DNA of 32,000 bases from Clostridia bacterium (GTDB taxonomy: Bacteria; Bacillota; Clostridia; Christensenellales; Aristaeellaceae). Every line of letters begins with the position of its first letter. The first letter of the stretch is position 1. The DNA is taken from contig JAZLIA010000103.1 in NCBI GenBank assembly GCA_045617125.1, forward strand, positions 11,559-43,558. Reading direction: 5' to 3'. Made by a program: the position numbers and the translations under genes. This document shows positions 1-11,300 of this stretch, one piece after another. The notes under the pieces are model-generated. The model had not been told where the DNA came from, did no database searches, and saw only the letters and a list, made by a program, of their open reading frames with translations.

Positions 1-59
1 TCACACCGGTCACACTCACCGCAATCAATGCACTCACGGTCATACAGAACACATTTCAT
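1..59 (-). CDS. N-terminal fragment of a small Cys-rich (possibly Fe-S/ferredoxin-like) protein; continues past the left edge
   Basis: The reverse complement of 1-59 reads ATG AAA TGT GTT CTG TAT GAC CGT GAG TGC ATT GAT TGC GGT GAG TGT GAC CGG TGT, giving MKCVLYDRECIDCGECDRC. GGGGGGAG (plus 66-73) lies 6 nt upstream of the ATG (57-59). The Cys spacing is CxxCxxCxxC. Only 19 codons are visible. It is absent from the ORF track because no stop lies in the window. Confidence 0.45.
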   Translation of the reverse strand, partial: MKCVLYDRECIDCGECDRC

Positions 60-92
60 CACGATCTCCCCCCTTTAAACCTACCGAATTCT

Positions 93-122
93 ATCAAAAA
101 AGACCGCTAATCCGGTCTTTTT
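93..122 (-). terminator. Rho-independent terminator immediately after rnpB
   Basis: An 8-bp stem pairs AAAGACCG (99-106) with CGGTCTTT (113-120) around a 6-nt loop. On the minus strand it is followed by a U-tract (A-run 96-100 on plus). Confidence 0.7.
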
Positions 123-466
123 ATACTGTAAGCGCAGCCTGTAAGCCGAGTTCTGTCTGGAATGGCCATCTATCTAGGCGATCCGTCACCGGACCGCTCA
201 AGCGATACTGTGGAAACAGGGCGAGCAACCCTATATATTTCCTGGATCTTGCACCGGATGTGGTTTACATGACGGACGAGTCGCCAGGCCGCCGGTGCGC
301 TCTTACCGCACCTTTCCACCCTTACCGTTCAATACGGCGGTATATCTCTGTTGCACTTGCATTGGAGTCGCCTCCACCAGATGTTATCTGGCATCCTGCT
401 CTGCGGTGCTCGGACTTTCCTCATGCCCTATGTATGGCACGCGACCATTCAGCTACCTTGACAGCA
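123..466 (-). ncRNA. rnpB: RNase P RNA, bacterial type A
   Basis: The reverse complement carries the conserved blocks GAGGAAAGUCCG (plus 411-422), GGUAAGGGUGGAAAGGUGCGGUAAGAGCGCACC (plus 294-326, E. coli-like P10-P12 region) and ACAGAACUCGGCUUACAG (plus 139-156). The 5' CUGUCAAGGUAGCUG (464-450) can pair with the 3' CAGGCUGCGCUUACAG (141-126) to form P1. Ends are +/-5 nt. The plus-strand ORFs 260-715 and 295-516 lie over this RNA and are spurious. Confidence 0.9.
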
Positions 467-471
467 CCGTT

Positions 472-500
472 AAGATATCACAAAAAAACAGATCCGTCAA
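472..500 (-). promoter_or_regulatory. sigma-A type promoter for rnpB
   Basis: On the minus strand the -35 is TTGACG (500-495), followed by a 17-nt spacer and a -10 of TATCTT (477-472). The predicted TSS near G465 sits right at the 5' strand of P1. Confidence 0.6.
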
Positions 501-533
501 TAACTCCTGCTGCTGACAGATCTGTTTTTTTTA
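482..533 (-). terminator. Rho-independent (bidirectional-looking) terminator ending the dnaG-rpoD-trmK-nif3-Zn-ribbon unit
   Basis: An 11-bp stem pairs ACAGATCCGTC (488-498) with GACAGATCTGT (515-525), with one G-T pair. It is flanked by A7 (482-488) and T8 (525-532), and lies 26 nt past the stop of the Zn-ribbon gene. Confidence 0.8.
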
Positions 534-558
534 AGATGATACTATCTTATTTACCCGA

Positions 559-1260
559 TCATAGCATTACAAGCCTGCCACAGGTTTCGCACTCGACCGG
601 CTCCCCTGCTTTTATGCTTCTCACGATTCCGGAAGGAAGACTCATATTGCACCCACTGCATTTATCATCCACTAAACGGGAAAGCGGAGGAACAATATGC
701 TTCTTGATCGCCTGATATCGGGCAAGTAATGCCGGATCGATTCCCTTCTCCTTCTCCTTCGCTACGGCACGCAGCTTTTCCAGTTCCGCGTTTTGCTTGG
801 CGTATTCCTGGTCATATGCCGGCTTCAAAGCGTTGAAATCATTTTTATACTTAGCAAAGCGCATTTTCACATCGTGCTGCTGACGGTCACGATCCTGCGA
901 ATCTTTATTGATCTTCTTGATCTCCTGTTCGTAGGTCTGAATGTTTTCCTTTATTTTTTTGCCTTCATTGAGCAGCTTGCGAACCTCATCGGTGGTCTTA
1001 GGCGGATTATCTTCAAACTTAGCCTGCAGTGCTTTAGACTGATTATCCATTCTGGACAGAGCATCTTTCAGCGCCTCCAGACGATCCGCCATGATCGCGA
1101 CCTCGCCCTCGATCCTCTTATAATTTTTCTGCTGTTCTTCAAGATTATCCCTGCATTTGACTAGGTTCAGCCGGGTCGGCGAACGCTTGATTTCAGCCTG
1201 AAGACGATCTACTGCCATATCCGCATTCTGATAATCCCAAAGTTGATCCATATTAGTCAT
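559..1260 (-). CDS. COG1579/DUF164-type coiled-coil protein with C-terminal C4 zinc ribbon
   Basis: 233 aa. A long charged coiled-coil is followed by CSGC...x17...CETC. The RBS is GGAGG, 6 nt upstream of the ATG. The position after nif3 and before rnpB is a synteny I recognise in Firmicutes. Confidence 0.9.
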   Translation of the reverse strand: MTNMDQLWDYQNADMAVDRLQAEIKRSPTRLNLVKCRDNLEEQQKNYKRIEGEVAIMADRLEALKDALSRMDNQSKALQAKFEDNPPKTTDEVRKLLNEGKKIKENIQTYEQEIKKINKDSQDRDRQQHDVKMRFAKYKNDFNALKPAYDQEYAKQNAELEKLRAVAKEKEKGIDPALLARYQAIKKHIVPPLSRLVDDKCSGCNMSLPSGIVRSIKAGEPVECETCGRLVML

Positions 1261-1281
1261 AAAGGCCCTCCTTGATTTCCA

Positions 1282-2043
1282 TCAGAAACAGAACAGTTCC
1301 GTCTCTGATGCAATGACATCCACCTTGTATTGTAAACTATTGGCCCGTTTTTGTAAAGCGGCAGTCAAAGAAGGGACCAATATGTTTTCCGTGCCATAAT
1401 GGGTACCATCAAACAGAACATAATCGATCATGGATGCAGTGAGCGCATTATGATGCCTTACCTCTCCGGTAAGAAAAGCGTCTGTGCCCAGGCTCTTAGC
1501 TTCAAGAAGCTCTCCGTCACAGGCACCTCCTCCAATTGCCAGTGAACAGATCTGCTTTTTTCCGTCACCATAGGTACGCACAGGTGCATGCAGCGCTTTC
1601 GCGATTGTTTTTTCCAGGTCATCTGCTTCGATCGGAACAGGCAATTCCCCTACGAAAAGATACCCTTCCTGACGGATATTTTCTAATCCAATCGCTTTGG
1701 CACAGCAGACGCTTCCACTGTAGACAGTTTTATCAAGATTCGTATGTGCACTGATCAATGAAATATGCTCCCGGATCAAACTGCAAAGGATCTTTGCTTC
1801 CGGATCCCGTTCCACAAGGTCTTTCCTCGCATGAAACAGAAGCGGGTGATGAGAAATGATCAGGTCAGCTTTCTTTTCTGTTGCTTCCTTAACGACCTGT
1901 TCAGTCACATCCAGCGTGACCAGCACTTTCTTTACTTCCCTATCCGGATCACCGAGAATCAACCCTGCATTGTCATACTCCTCCTGAGTATCAAACGGAG
2001 CCATCTCATTCAAGATCGTATAAAAATCACTTACTTTCGCCAC
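1282..2043 (-). CDS. Nif3-like dinuclear metal centre protein (YqfO/YbgI family, short form)
   Basis: 253 aa. Family features are an NAGL motif near the N-terminus, HHP, and the C-terminal TGE.RHH...GTHYGTE. GTG start with AGAGGTGA 6 nt upstream. Overlaps trmK by 17 nt. Confidence 0.9.
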   Translation of the reverse strand: MAKVSDFYTILNEMAPFDTQEEYDNAGLILGDPDREVKKVLVTLDVTEQVVKEATEKKADLIISHHPLLFHARKDLVERDPEAKILCSLIREHISLISAHTNLDKTVYSGSVCCAKAIGLENIRQEGYLFVGELPVPIEADDLEKTIAKALHAPVRTYGDGKKQICSLAIGGGACDGELLEAKSLGTDAFLTGEVRHHNALTASMIDYVLFDGTHYGTENILVPSLTAALQKRANSLQYKVDVIASETELFCF

Positions 2044-2686
2044 TTTCGATCACCTCTGTCAGCCAAATTATTTTTTTGTTTTCCTGCTGTGACTTAACAC
2101 ATTTTTCAACTTGGAGACGCCACATATAATAATCCAGCGTATCTTTATCCCGCTTGTTCATCATAACTGGCCCAAGAAATAACTGTCTTTCATCATAATG
2201 AACTGCACCCGGCACTGCTTTGATCACAACATAGCGCCTTCCTGCAGCGGTTACGGCACATTCGTCCTTTATTGCATAACCAATTTCAAGCAAAGTGCCC
2301 CGCAACATTTCCGCATCCGTCTGCGGACAAAGGATCAGTTCAGCTTCGCAAAGGCGGTCTCTTCCATTCAGCAGTATTTCGGAGATCACTTCCCCACCCA
2401 TTCCGCATATAGCTATCGCATCCACCGGGCTTGATAATGAGTTCAGCCCATCCCCTACCCTGAACTCTGCTCTTTTTTCCATCCCATGCAGCGCAAGCAA
2501 TGCCCGTGCCTTATCAAGCGACAGAGCGCTGATATCCGTTACCAGCATTCTCGCTACTTTACCGGAAGCAAGCAGATCACATGAAAGCCGCCCATGATCA
2601 GCGCCGATATCAGCGCCATAATCACAGGCGGGAAAATACTCCGTCACTTTCCGCAATCGCTCATCCAGTTTCGGAATCGATCGCAT
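2027..2686 (-). CDS. trmK: tRNA (adenine22-N1)-methyltransferase TrmK (YqfN family)
   Basis: Contains ADIGADHGRL and the GDGL and GMGG motifs typical of TrmK. The ATG at 2686-2684 overlaps the rpoD stop (TGATG). The ORF-track start at 2689 is a TTG one codon upstream. Confidence 0.88.
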   Translation of the reverse strand: MRSIPKLDERLRKVTEYFPACDYGADIGADHGRLSCDLLASGKVARMLVTDISALSLDKARALLALHGMEKRAEFRVGDGLNSLSSPVDAIAICGMGGEVISEILLNGRDRLCEAELILCPQTDAEMLRGTLLEIGYAIKDECAVTAAGRRYVVIKAVPGAVHYDERQLFLGPVMMNKRDKDTLDYYMWRLQVEKCVKSQQENKKIIWLTEVIESGESK

Positions 2687-3813
2687 CAATCCAGATAATC
2701 CTTTAGTTTTTTACTTCTGCTGGGATGGCGAAGCTTGCGAAGCGCCTTTGCTTCGATCTGACGAATTCTTTCACGGGTCACCTTGAATTCTCTTCCGACT
2801 TCCTCAAGCGTTCTCTGATGACCATCATCCAGGCCAAAGCGCATCCTGAGTACTTTTTCTTCTCTTGGCGTCAAAGTTTCCAGAACATCCCAAAGCTGTT
2901 CCTTCATCAGTATGTGGGAAGCTGCTTCTGCCGGTGCAGGAGCCCCCTCATCTTCGATAAAATCCCCTAAATGGCTGTCTTCTTCTTCACCAATGGGAGT
3001 TTCAAGGGATACCGGCTCCTGGGCGATCTTTATGATCTCACGCACCTTGCTTTCAGGGATCCCCATTTCCTTCGCGATCTCTTCGGGAGTAGGTTCTCTG
3101 CCGTATTCCTGCAGCAATTGTCTTGATACACGGATCAGTTTATTGATCGTCTCCACCATATGCACAGGGATACGAATCGTTCTGGCCTGATCCGCAATAG
3201 CACGGGTAATCGCCTGACGGATCCACCAGGTCGCATAAGTGGAAAATTTATATCCTTTTCTGTAATCGAATTTCTCAACTGCCTTGATCAATCCCAGGTT
3301 GCCTTCCTGGATCAGATCCAGAAATAACATTCCTCTCCCAACATAACGCTTTGCAATGGAAACCACAAGACGGAGATTGGCTTCAGCCAGCTTCTTCTTG
3401 GCTTCCTCATCCCCTTCTTCCATCCGCTTAGCTATCTCGATCTCTTCATCCGCACTGAGAAGCGGTACAGTTCCGATTTCCTTAAGATACATTCTCACAG
3501 GATCATCAATACTGATCCCGTCCTTCATGCTCTCATCAAAGTCGTCAATAACGAGCTCCGGCCCCACGATCGGCTCAACCGGAACATCCTCCGTATCCTT
3601 TGTCACCTGTATTCCCTGACTCTCGATATTATCAAGGATCGTTTCAAATTGATCGGGATCAATCTCATAAGATGAAAGCTTTGAAATGATCTCATCATAA
3701 GTAAGCGTCCCCTTGGACTTGCCAAGATCATACAGTTCCTGAAGCTTATTCATACTTTCATCGTTATATTGGGTGCTCAAAGATTCCACTCCTCTCAAAA
3801 TCCACTCTGCCAT
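2686..3813 (-). CDS. rpoD: Primary RNA polymerase sigma factor (sigma-70/SigA)
   Basis: Region 2 is present as [28 protein letters not shown], and region 4.2 as [30 protein letters not shown]. The start is uncertain. The ATG at 3813 lies inside dnaG and has no SD. A TTG at 3780 is preceded by GAGAGGAG at 8-nt spacing and may be the real start. Confidence 0.95.
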   Translation of the reverse strand: MAEWILRGVESLSTQYNDESMNKLQELYDLGKSKGTLTYDEIISKLSSYEIDPDQFETILDNIESQGIQVTKDTEDVPVEPIVGPELVIDDFDESMKDGISIDDPVRMYLKEIGTVPLLSADEEIEIAKRMEEGDEEAKKKLAEANLRLVVSIAKRYVGRGMLFLDLIQEGNLGLIKAVEKFDYRKGYKFSTYATWWIRQAITRAIADQARTIRIPVHMVETINKLIRVSRQLLQEYGREPTPEEIAKEMGIPESKVREIIKIAQEPVSLETPIGEEEDSHLGDFIEDEGAPAPAEAASHILMKEQLWDVLETLTPREEKVLRMRFGLDDGHQRTLEEVGREFKVTRERIRQIEAKALRKLRHPSRSKKLKDYLD

Positions 3814-5567
3814 ATCTGGTTTTTCATGCTATTCAGTTCCTTGCTGAGCGTCATGATCTGATTCAGTATTCCAGGCGAAGCAGATGGATCACAAACTTGA
3901 AGCTCTGTCCGCAGATCTCCGATCTGCTTTTCAAGCCGGGTCATACTGATTTTTCTAAGACAATCTCTGGCAATTTCTGCTGCTTCTTCTGCATCCATCT
4001 CTCCCTGCATGGAAAGGGCTTTCGTCAGCAGTTCCTTTTCCTGAGGATCATCAAACTGATCTAATAATCGGGTCACTTTCATTCCATCCATTAACAGTTC
4101 AGCACATTTTGCATAAAGAGGATTATCGAAAAGGCCCGGTTTTCTCAGGTTTTCCGGAAGTACCCCCATCGTGATGAGAGACAGCATCATCTGCTGCGCC
4201 TTATCACATTCATCATCCTGTTTCAAGCTGTTCCGGGATCGTTTTACAACATCTCCCATAACCACTCTCTGTTCTTTCACGGCGGGGCGGCTCACCCCCA
4301 CCTGAGCATACAATGCCTCCTTTGAAAAGCCGGTACATACGTGCAGATATTCGATGTAGTTTTCCATTTCCACCGGTGAAGTTACTTTCGCCAGTAAACC
4401 GGAGCAGGCCTTGGCACATTCCATCTTGCCATCTGTATCTGTCAGATCAAACCTTGCCATGGTCCGTTCCAGTAAAAACCTTGTCGAGGTAATCGGTCTC
4501 AAATCTTCAAATGCTTGTTTCCCTCGCTGTCGGATATACTCATCGGGATCAAGTCTGTCGGGAATACGCAGTACCTTGAGCGGCATCTCTTCGCTATTGA
4601 AAATCCCGATTGCTTTTTCGATTGCGTGCTGTCCGGGCTCATCACCGTCATAGGCGACCCATACTTCAGGTGCAAATCTGTGTAGCAGCTTAGCCTGTTC
4701 CGGTGTCAGAGATGTTCCCAGCGAGGCGACTACACCTTTGATTCCCATCTGGGTCAACGCAACAACGTCCATATACCCTTCGACCAACAATATGCGCTTC
4801 AGTTCCCGTTCCTTTTTCAGCAGATTTGCCGCAAAAACTCCCTGCCTTTTGTTGTAGACAGGGGTATCCCCTGTGTTCATGTATTTGGGCTTGCCGTTAT
4901 CCAGTATTCTTCCGCCAAACCCAAGCACCGTTCCCTTCACATCGATGATCGGAAACATGGCTCTTGAGCGGAACATATCAAAACAGCGGTCTTCTTTTTT
5001 CAGAACCAGCCCGGCAAGTACCAGTTCTTCTTCGGAATACCCCAGATCCTTTAAGTGTCTGAGCAGTGCGTCCCATTTATCCGGGGATGCGCCAAGCCCG
5101 AATTTACGGATGACGCTGTCATCCATTCCTCTGCCATGGAAATAATCAAGAACCTTCTTTCCTTCTTCTGTCCATAGCAAATTGTGATAAAAACGGGCAG
5201 CTTCCGTATTTGCGTTGATCAGCCTTTCCCTTTGGGTTTTCTTTTTTTCGTAGTCGGGGTCCTGATTGAGAGTCGGCGGCGGCATATGGAATTTTTCTCC
5301 AAGAAAAAGCGCAGCCTCCGAAAAGGTCATGTGTTCTGTTTCCATTACGAAGTTAACTGCGTTTCCCCCTGCTTTGCATCCGAAACAATAATACAGGTTC
5401 AGTTCCGGATTTACAGAAAATGAAGGGGTCTTTTCATTATGGAAAGGGCACAGCCCCCAGAAACGTTTTCCATCTTTCTTCAGATGCACATAATCCGACA
5501 CGACCTGAACGATATCTGCCCTGTTATAAAGGTCATCCATCCAGGCATTCGGAATCCTTCCGGCCAT
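3795..5567 (-). CDS. dnaG: DNA primase
   Basis: 590 aa. CHC2 zinc finger [13 protein letters not shown]...CFGC and TOPRIM motifs EGYMDV and YDGDEPG are present. Confidence 0.96.
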   Translation of the reverse strand: MAGRIPNAWMDDLYNRADIVQVVSDYVHLKKDGKRFWGLCPFHNEKTPSFSVNPELNLYYCFGCKAGGNAVNFVMETEHMTFSEAALFLGEKFHMPPPTLNQDPDYEKKKTQRERLINANTEAARFYHNLLWTEEGKKVLDYFHGRGMDDSVIRKFGLGASPDKWDALLRHLKDLGYSEEELVLAGLVLKKEDRCFDMFRSRAMFPIIDVKGTVLGFGGRILDNGKPKYMNTGDTPVYNKRQGVFAANLLKKERELKRILLVEGYMDVVALTQMGIKGVVASLGTSLTPEQAKLLHRFAPEVWVAYDGDEPGQHAIEKAIGIFNSEEMPLKVLRIPDRLDPDEYIRQRGKQAFEDLRPITSTRFLLERTMARFDLTDTDGKMECAKACSGLLAKVTSPVEMENYIEYLHVCTGFSKEALYAQVGVSRPAVKEQRVVMGDVVKRSRNSLKQDDECDKAQQMMLSLITMGVLPENLRKPGLFDNPLYAKCAELLMDGMKVTRLLDQFDDPQEKELLTKALSMQGEMDAEEAAEIARDCLRKISMTRLEKQIGDLRTELQVCDPSASPGILNQIMTLSKELNSMKNQIWQSGF

Positions 5568-5631
5568 AACTTGATCACCGCCCCTATAATGTTTCGCCGC
5601 TTTCTGTTATTCTCCTGCTTGAAAAAACATC

Positions 5632-5666
5632 AAAAAAGAACAGGAATTTGTGCTCTTCCTGTTCTT
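5632..5666 (-). terminator. Rho-independent terminator after parB
   Basis: A perfect 10-bp stem pairs AGAACAGGAA (5637-5646) with TTCCTGTTCT (5657-5666). A U-tract follows on the minus strand (A6 at 5632-5637 on plus). It lies 12 nt past the parB stop. Confidence 0.85.
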
Positions 5667-5678
5667 TGATCCACGACA

Positions 5679-6536
5679 TTACCGGCTCTCAGAAATCTCC
5701 AGAAGTTGATACAAAGCTTCCAGTTCATCCGCACTGGTATAGGAAAAGACCAATTTTCCTCTCTTCAGGTTTCCACGGATCTGCGTTCTTACACCGGTCG
5801 TACGAAGGAAACGTGACTCCATATCCTTTAACTCCGGTACCATTTCCCGTACAGTAGGATTGACCGCCTTTTTTTCAGTTTCGTTCTTTTCCCTTGCAAG
5901 CTCTTCCAACTCACGCACGCTGAGCTGTTCCATTATCGTTCTTTCCAGTAATATGCCCCGTTTTTTCTCATCATCTATTCCGGCCAGTACGCGTGCATGA
6001 CCTTCTGTGATCTCACCGCTGAGAATTTGTTCCTTCACATAATCCGGAAGGCGGATCAGCCTCAGCAGATTTGTGACTGCTACACGGGATCGCCCCAAAC
6101 GGTTCGCCGCTTTTTCCTGCGTATACCCGCACTTTTCGATCAGCTGCCTGATCGCTTCTGCCTCATCCAGAGGATTCAGATCCTCTCGCTGAAGATTTTC
6201 AATCAGTGCAGCCTCCATTTTTTCCTGCTCTTCCATTTCCCTGACGATGCAGGGAACAGTGTCGAGGCCTGCCATTCTTGCGGCTCTGTATCTTCTTTCA
6301 CCGGCTACGATGCGATACCCTGTTTCCTCTTCAGTAACAATGAGCGGCTGCAGGATCCCTGCTGTACGGATACTTTCAGCAAGAGAAGCAAGTCCTTCAT
6401 CATCAAAATGCCGTCGCGGCTGATCGGGATTGCATAATATCCGGTCCACCTGCAGCATTCGTATTCCGCCGGCATTTTCTTCATCGTTAGTTGGGAGCAG
6501 CACATCCAGCCCTCGTCCCAGCGCATTCTTTTTCAT
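5679..6536 (-). CDS. parB: ParB/Spo0J partition protein
   Basis: The canonical N-terminus is [14 protein letters not shown]. The [12 protein letters not shown] arginine patch and an HTH region are present. The ATG at 6536-6534 overlaps the parA stop (ATGA). The longer ORF-track start at 6614 lies inside parA and is rejected. Confidence 0.93.
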   Translation of the reverse strand: MKKNALGRGLDVLLPTNDEENAGGIRMLQVDRILCNPDQPRRHFDDEGLASLAESIRTAGILQPLIVTEEETGYRIVAGERRYRAARMAGLDTVPCIVREMEEQEKMEAALIENLQREDLNPLDEAEAIRQLIEKCGYTQEKAANRLGRSRVAVTNLLRLIRLPDYVKEQILSGEITEGHARVLAGIDDEKKRGILLERTIMEQLSVRELEELAREKNETEKKAVNPTVREMVPELKDMESRFLRTTGVRTQIRGNLKRGKLVFSYTSADELEALYQLLEISESR

Positions 6537-7318
6537 TTGAATCCTCTGACTTTCGTTTCGCTTTTCTTGATCACTTCTGTGGCCAAGTTCATATAGGCCT
6601 CTGCACCTGAACATCTGCGATCATATAGAATGACCGGCAACCCATGACTGGGTGCTTCCCCTAACCTTACATTTCTTGGTATGACCGTGGAAAAAACTCT
6701 TCCTTTGAAATGCTTTTTTACCTGTGCTGCCACCTGCAGGCACAGATTCGTCCGCCCGTCATACATCGTAAGCAATATTCCCTCAAAATCCAGCACAGGA
6801 TTGATACTCTTCTGTGCTCTCTGGATCGTATTCACCAGGGATGAAACTCCCTCAAGAGCAAAATATTCACATTGGATCGGAACAAGAATGGTTTGCGCAG
6901 CTGCCAAAGCGTTCAGCGTAAGCAATCCCAGAGATGGTGGGCAGTCGATCAAAACATAATCAAAGTCAGGAAGAACCGGTTCCAGGGCAGCGCGAAGACG
7001 GTATTCTCTTCTCTCCATCTCCACAAGCTCAACTTCGGCACCGGAAAGCCGGATATCCGACGGCATAACAAATAATCCATCCTGGGGAGATTTTTCAATG
7101 ATACTGCCGGCAGTCACCTTTGAAAGCAGCATTTCATAAACGGTCTTCTTGCCTGCGTTAACACCGGAACCGCTGGAAGCGTTTCCCTGTGGGTCCATAT
7201 CTACCAACAGGACCTTTTTTCCCCGATCCGCAAGACAGGCAGCCAAATTGATCGCGGTAGTGGTTTTTCCGACCCCGCCTTTCTGATTTGTTATCGCAAT
7301 TACGCGAGCCACATTCAT
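6533..7318 (-). CDS. parA: ParA/Soj partition ATPase
   Basis: 261 aa with the deviant Walker A motif [11 protein letters not shown] and a LIDCPPSLG Walker B region. Confidence 0.95.
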   Translation of the reverse strand: MNVARVIAITNQKGGVGKTTTAINLAACLADRGKKVLLVDMDPQGNASSGSGVNAGKKTVYEMLLSKVTAGSIIEKSPQDGLFVMPSDIRLSGAEVELVEMERREYRLRAALEPVLPDFDYVLIDCPPSLGLLTLNALAAAQTILVPIQCEYFALEGVSSLVNTIQRAQKSINPVLDFEGILLTMYDGRTNLCLQVAAQVKKHFKGRVFSTVIPRNVRLGEAPSHGLPVILYDRRCSGAEAYMNLATEVIKKSETKVRGFK

Positions 7319-7332
7319 ACTTCCTTTTCGAT

Positions 7333-8277
7333 TTACTTGATACGACCGATACTGCTTCCGAGTTTCTCGATCATTGCTTTATCAACCTTTGTCCCCGCTT
7401 CTCTCAGGGCCATGATTGCAGCACCGGTCAATTTAGTATATTTAGGAAGAAGCATCTGGTAATTCCGTCCGACATAATGATCTACATTATCATAATAGAT
7501 TCTGTTTTCCCACATGGAACCGGAAAGAGCAACTCTCACAAGAGAGCATCCCAGATCATTTCCTGCTGTTTTGATCGCATCAGCAATTCCGGCTGCTGCT
7601 TCATCCAGATTGAGCAATGCTACACGATCATTTTTCCCGGCAGCATCCAGAAGGCATCCGGCGTATTTGGCAATCTCATTGCGTCCGCCGCGGTAAACCT
7701 CAGGGATCAGTTCATTGACAGGTCTTCCCGTCTGCTCGCGGATCATTTCCGTCATCAGTGTCTTTCCACCGCGCCCGTCATATTGACGCAGCACCGACAC
7801 GAGCGCTCTTCTTCCCAGATCGTAAGCACTTCCTTCATCGCCGAGCAGATATCCCCAGCCGCCGATCTGCCGGATACCGTTTTCTTTGTTAACACTGAAA
7901 ACAGAGGAACCTGTGCTTACATTAGCCACGATTCCCTCTCCGTCATACACGACCGAACGGAAAGCATTGACTGTATCTGTGGAAATATAGACCCGCGTCC
8001 CATCTCCGAAAAAGCCTGTAAGAAAGCCCTGCACAACATCATGCTTTTCCCGGTTCTCGGTCACACCTGAAATGCCTGCCCACACACAGGCTGTTTTTTC
8101 TTTTAACCCTGATGTCAGCTTCAGAAGCAGTTCATTCAGGTGATCGATCGAATGTGTGACATGCAGTGCAGTAGCGCTGGATGCTTCTCCAGCTTCCTTT
8201 TTGAGTACCGTACCGGTTTCATCCAGCAAGACGGCCTCCGTCTTGGTGCCTCCGCCGTTTATTGCGATAATATACAT
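7333..8277 (-). CDS. BadF/BadG/BcrA/BcrD-type ATPase, N-acetylglucosamine-kinase-like sugar kinase
   Basis: The N-terminus [14 protein letters not shown] and the [12 protein letters not shown] motif fit this family. The start is set at the ATG preceded by GGAAGGAG at 6-nt spacing. The ORF track begins 5 codons earlier. Confidence 0.85.
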   Translation of the reverse strand: MYIIAINGGGTKTEAVLLDETGTVLKKEAGEASSATALHVTHSIDHLNELLLKLTSGLKEKTACVWAGISGVTENREKHDVVQGFLTGFFGDGTRVYISTDTVNAFRSVVYDGEGIVANVSTGSSVFSVNKENGIRQIGGWGYLLGDEGSAYDLGRRALVSVLRQYDGRGGKTLMTEMIREQTGRPVNELIPEVYRGGRNEIAKYAGCLLDAAGKNDRVALLNLDEAAAGIADAIKTAGNDLGCSLVRVALSGSMWENRIYYDNVDHYVGRNYQMLLPKYTKLTGAAIMALREAGTKVDKAMIEKLGSSIGRIK

Positions 8278-8316
8278 ATTTGCTCCTTCCATGAAACCCG
8301 GCAGCTTTGATCCGGA

Positions 8317-11300
8317 TCAGTCGGTAACGTACTTCTTGGTTCCGTTATAGCTCCAGTCAACCGTAGGAAGATCCGTCATTTCGTCAGTATAAACCCCATC
8401 TTTCCTGCACACAAAACCAATATCACAGGCAAGGTTTTCTCCTCCGCTCGGTACGATCACTTCTCCTTCAGCAGTATCTCCTTCAGAATAAGTCAGCACA
8501 TTGTTAATCAGCGGGAACTGAGTATTGTAAGATGTGATATCCAATTCACCCGGCATCGTTACCCTCATTGTGTACACACCGGGATACAAATTGGTAAACT
8601 CATAGTGACCGTATTCATCTGTAAAGGTTTCACAAACGAACTCGCCATACTGATAAAGCTCGACCCGGATGCCGGGCACCTGTTTTTCACCAATATCCTG
8701 CAGCCCGTTTCTGCTTTCATCCAGCCATGCAAAATCACCGATGCTTCCCATTGCACCGATTCCGATATCGCATCCTGTCACTGTTTCCCCCATTCCCACC
8801 TGTACAGCACAAGACACAGCGTTATAGCCGCTGCTGATGATCATACTGTTCCGTTCCTGCAAATCGTTTTCACGTGCAAAAAGGTATCCCTGCGGAAGCT
8901 CCGCTTCCAGATAATAATCACCCGGCATCAGCTTTTCAAAGATGAAAGAGCCATCCTGATTAGTTACCGTGCTGCCAACCAGTTCCGACAGTTCAGCATC
9001 TCTGTAAAGCGACACGTTGATATCCTGCACATGATTGAGCGTCTGATCCATATTCCATACACAGCCATGGATCTTTGCATAACGGATGATTCCGATGCTG
9101 ATCCTTTCTTCGTCATTCTCTGTGAAATAGGCATTTCCGTTGCTTGAAGAAAGAACCATATCTTCATCAAGCCCAAGAACCAGCATGTAATTCGCTGGAA
9201 TAATATTATCAAACCAGTATTTTCCTTCTGCATCGGTTACAGTGGAGACAACCGTTTCACCGTTATAGAGCATATCGACCTTCAGACCGCTGTAGGGAAG
9301 ATTTTCAGGATCTGCCGGATCACCGGAAACGTTACAGTCAAGATAAACATAGCCCTCTGTGCGGATCGGCTTCACTGCTTCGACCACACACTGATCAATA
9401 TGTTCGTCAATTCCCACTGTGATATCAGAGGAGATACGGTTTCCATTTTCCGCCCGTGCAGGGCTCTCGCTCTTATATCCGAATACATAACCATCAGGGA
9501 GTTCAAAGTACACACTGTAATCATCCGGAAGGATGTTTTCAATGTTGAAGCTTCCGTTTACCGCTTCTGTTGAATAAATACTGTTATTGGTGTGCCCGGT
9601 CAAAGTAACAGTAACACCGCCAAATTGTTCATCAGACAGGACCTTTCCGGAGAGACTTCCGGTAAGCACAGCTCCCACCTCAGGCAGTTCGATCACATCT
9701 GCCATTTGAATATTGAAGGTTTCACTCATAAGCTCACCGTCACCTGTTGCCGGATCTGTAAACACCGCATTCTTCTCAGATGTATAACGCACCTTATAGG
9801 TCCCCGGAAGGATACCGTTGATCGTGTAACTGCCATCCTCGTCTGTTACATCAAAGCTGAAATCTGATACCTCTGTACCGTCTTCCTTCACCAGAGTCGC
9901 CCGTACTCCCGGAACACCGCTGCCGATCCTGCCCTTCAGAGGATCATTCATCACGATATTGCCGCATACGCAGCCCGCCATGAACAGCCCACCGTCAACA
10001 TCCTGAATCTGATCTCCGGGCATCAGACGGAATTCTTCCGTTTCACCATATTCATTGTTCTGATTTACGATTTTGTTTTCATTTCCGGAGAAAGGCGCTG
10101 CGATATACGGATTTTCCAACAGAAAACGAACAGAATAGGTGCCCGGGAAAACATGCCGGAAAGCATAGGAACCATTTTCATCCGTTACCGCTTCTGCAAT
10201 AACATCCCCGGAAGACGCGACAAGCTGAACCGTCACACCGTTCATGGATGCATCGCCGTTCTCCCTTGCACCGTTGTTATCGCGGTCGGCATAAACAATG
10301 CCTGAAACTGCCGTATCCTCACAAAGGATCACTTGAACAGCTTCGTTTTCCGTTCCAATATCAGTGAGGATCCGCTCTCCGCGTTCCAGAATGGTATTTT
10401 CTCCATTATTGTTGAGTATGCAACAGTAATTCTCAGGCCACTCCAGGGAATAGTAGATATTGCCAAGCCTCAATGCGTCTGCCAGGGCAACACCATATTC
10501 CGATTCGATCACGGCAGAGGTGTTTCCGTCTGTTTCAATTATATTCACATATACTTTTTCGTCAAAGGCACAAATATCCAGGTTGTCAATCTCAATGCTG
10601 TTGCTGCCCGTCAGGTTCATACCATCAGAATAATAAAACTCAAAAGCCAGACTGTTCGCCTTCTGTGCCCCAACAGGATCCACCTGAGCGGTCTTTCCTA
10701 CCTTCACTTTAGTCAGGAGCGTTCCTTCTGAGGTGTTGGAAGCAGTGATGGCGGAATTCCAATCTGCAAACATGGTGCCGTCCGGTAGTTTCACCGTCAG
10801 TTCATAGTCCCCACCCTGAATCCGGTCAAAAGCATAATGGCCGTTTTCATCGGTCACAGTAGTGCGGGTCAGATCCATAAGAGGTGAATAAAGACGGATC
10901 TCAGCCCCCTCAAGGCCGTTATCATCCTTTTCATACCATACCATGCCTTCCAGGCTGCCGCTCTGCACAAGACCAAGCCCGATGCCAAGGCTGGTTTCAC
11001 CTGTCACTTCAAAGGGCACGCTGTATACCACAGAAGCGTCCACAGGAAGGAAGCAGTTATAGTAATAGCTCATTTTTTTTCCGATGGGGCCGACAATATA
11101 ATTATTCGGTAGTTCCACACGGAAGCGGTATGTTCCGGGAGTGATTCCCATGATCCGCTCTATGTTATCGGCAGAATCAGTGGTCTTTACAGTCGTTACC
11201 TCATATTCTTCCCCATCAACATCGCACACCAGCGTGAAGCGTACATTTTTTACCAGCCGTTCATCATTCGCACGGCCGCCATTCTGATTTTCATCGCAGA

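Noticed and set aside
260-715. Plus-strand ORFs 260-715 (151 aa) and 295-516 (73 aa)
   Set aside because: They lie on top of the RNase P RNA gene, the terminator and the 3' end of the Zn-ribbon gene. They have no RBS, and their protein sequences are low-complexity and Pro/Ser/Leu-rich. The region is fully explained by rnpB on the minus strand.
8866-8881. parS-like sequence GTTTTCACGTGCAAAA inside the large repeat-protein gene
   Set aside because: It has 4 mismatches to the 16-bp parS consensus TGTTTCACGTGAAACA and the outer palindrome arms are lost. No better match was seen anywhere in the window, including inside parB.
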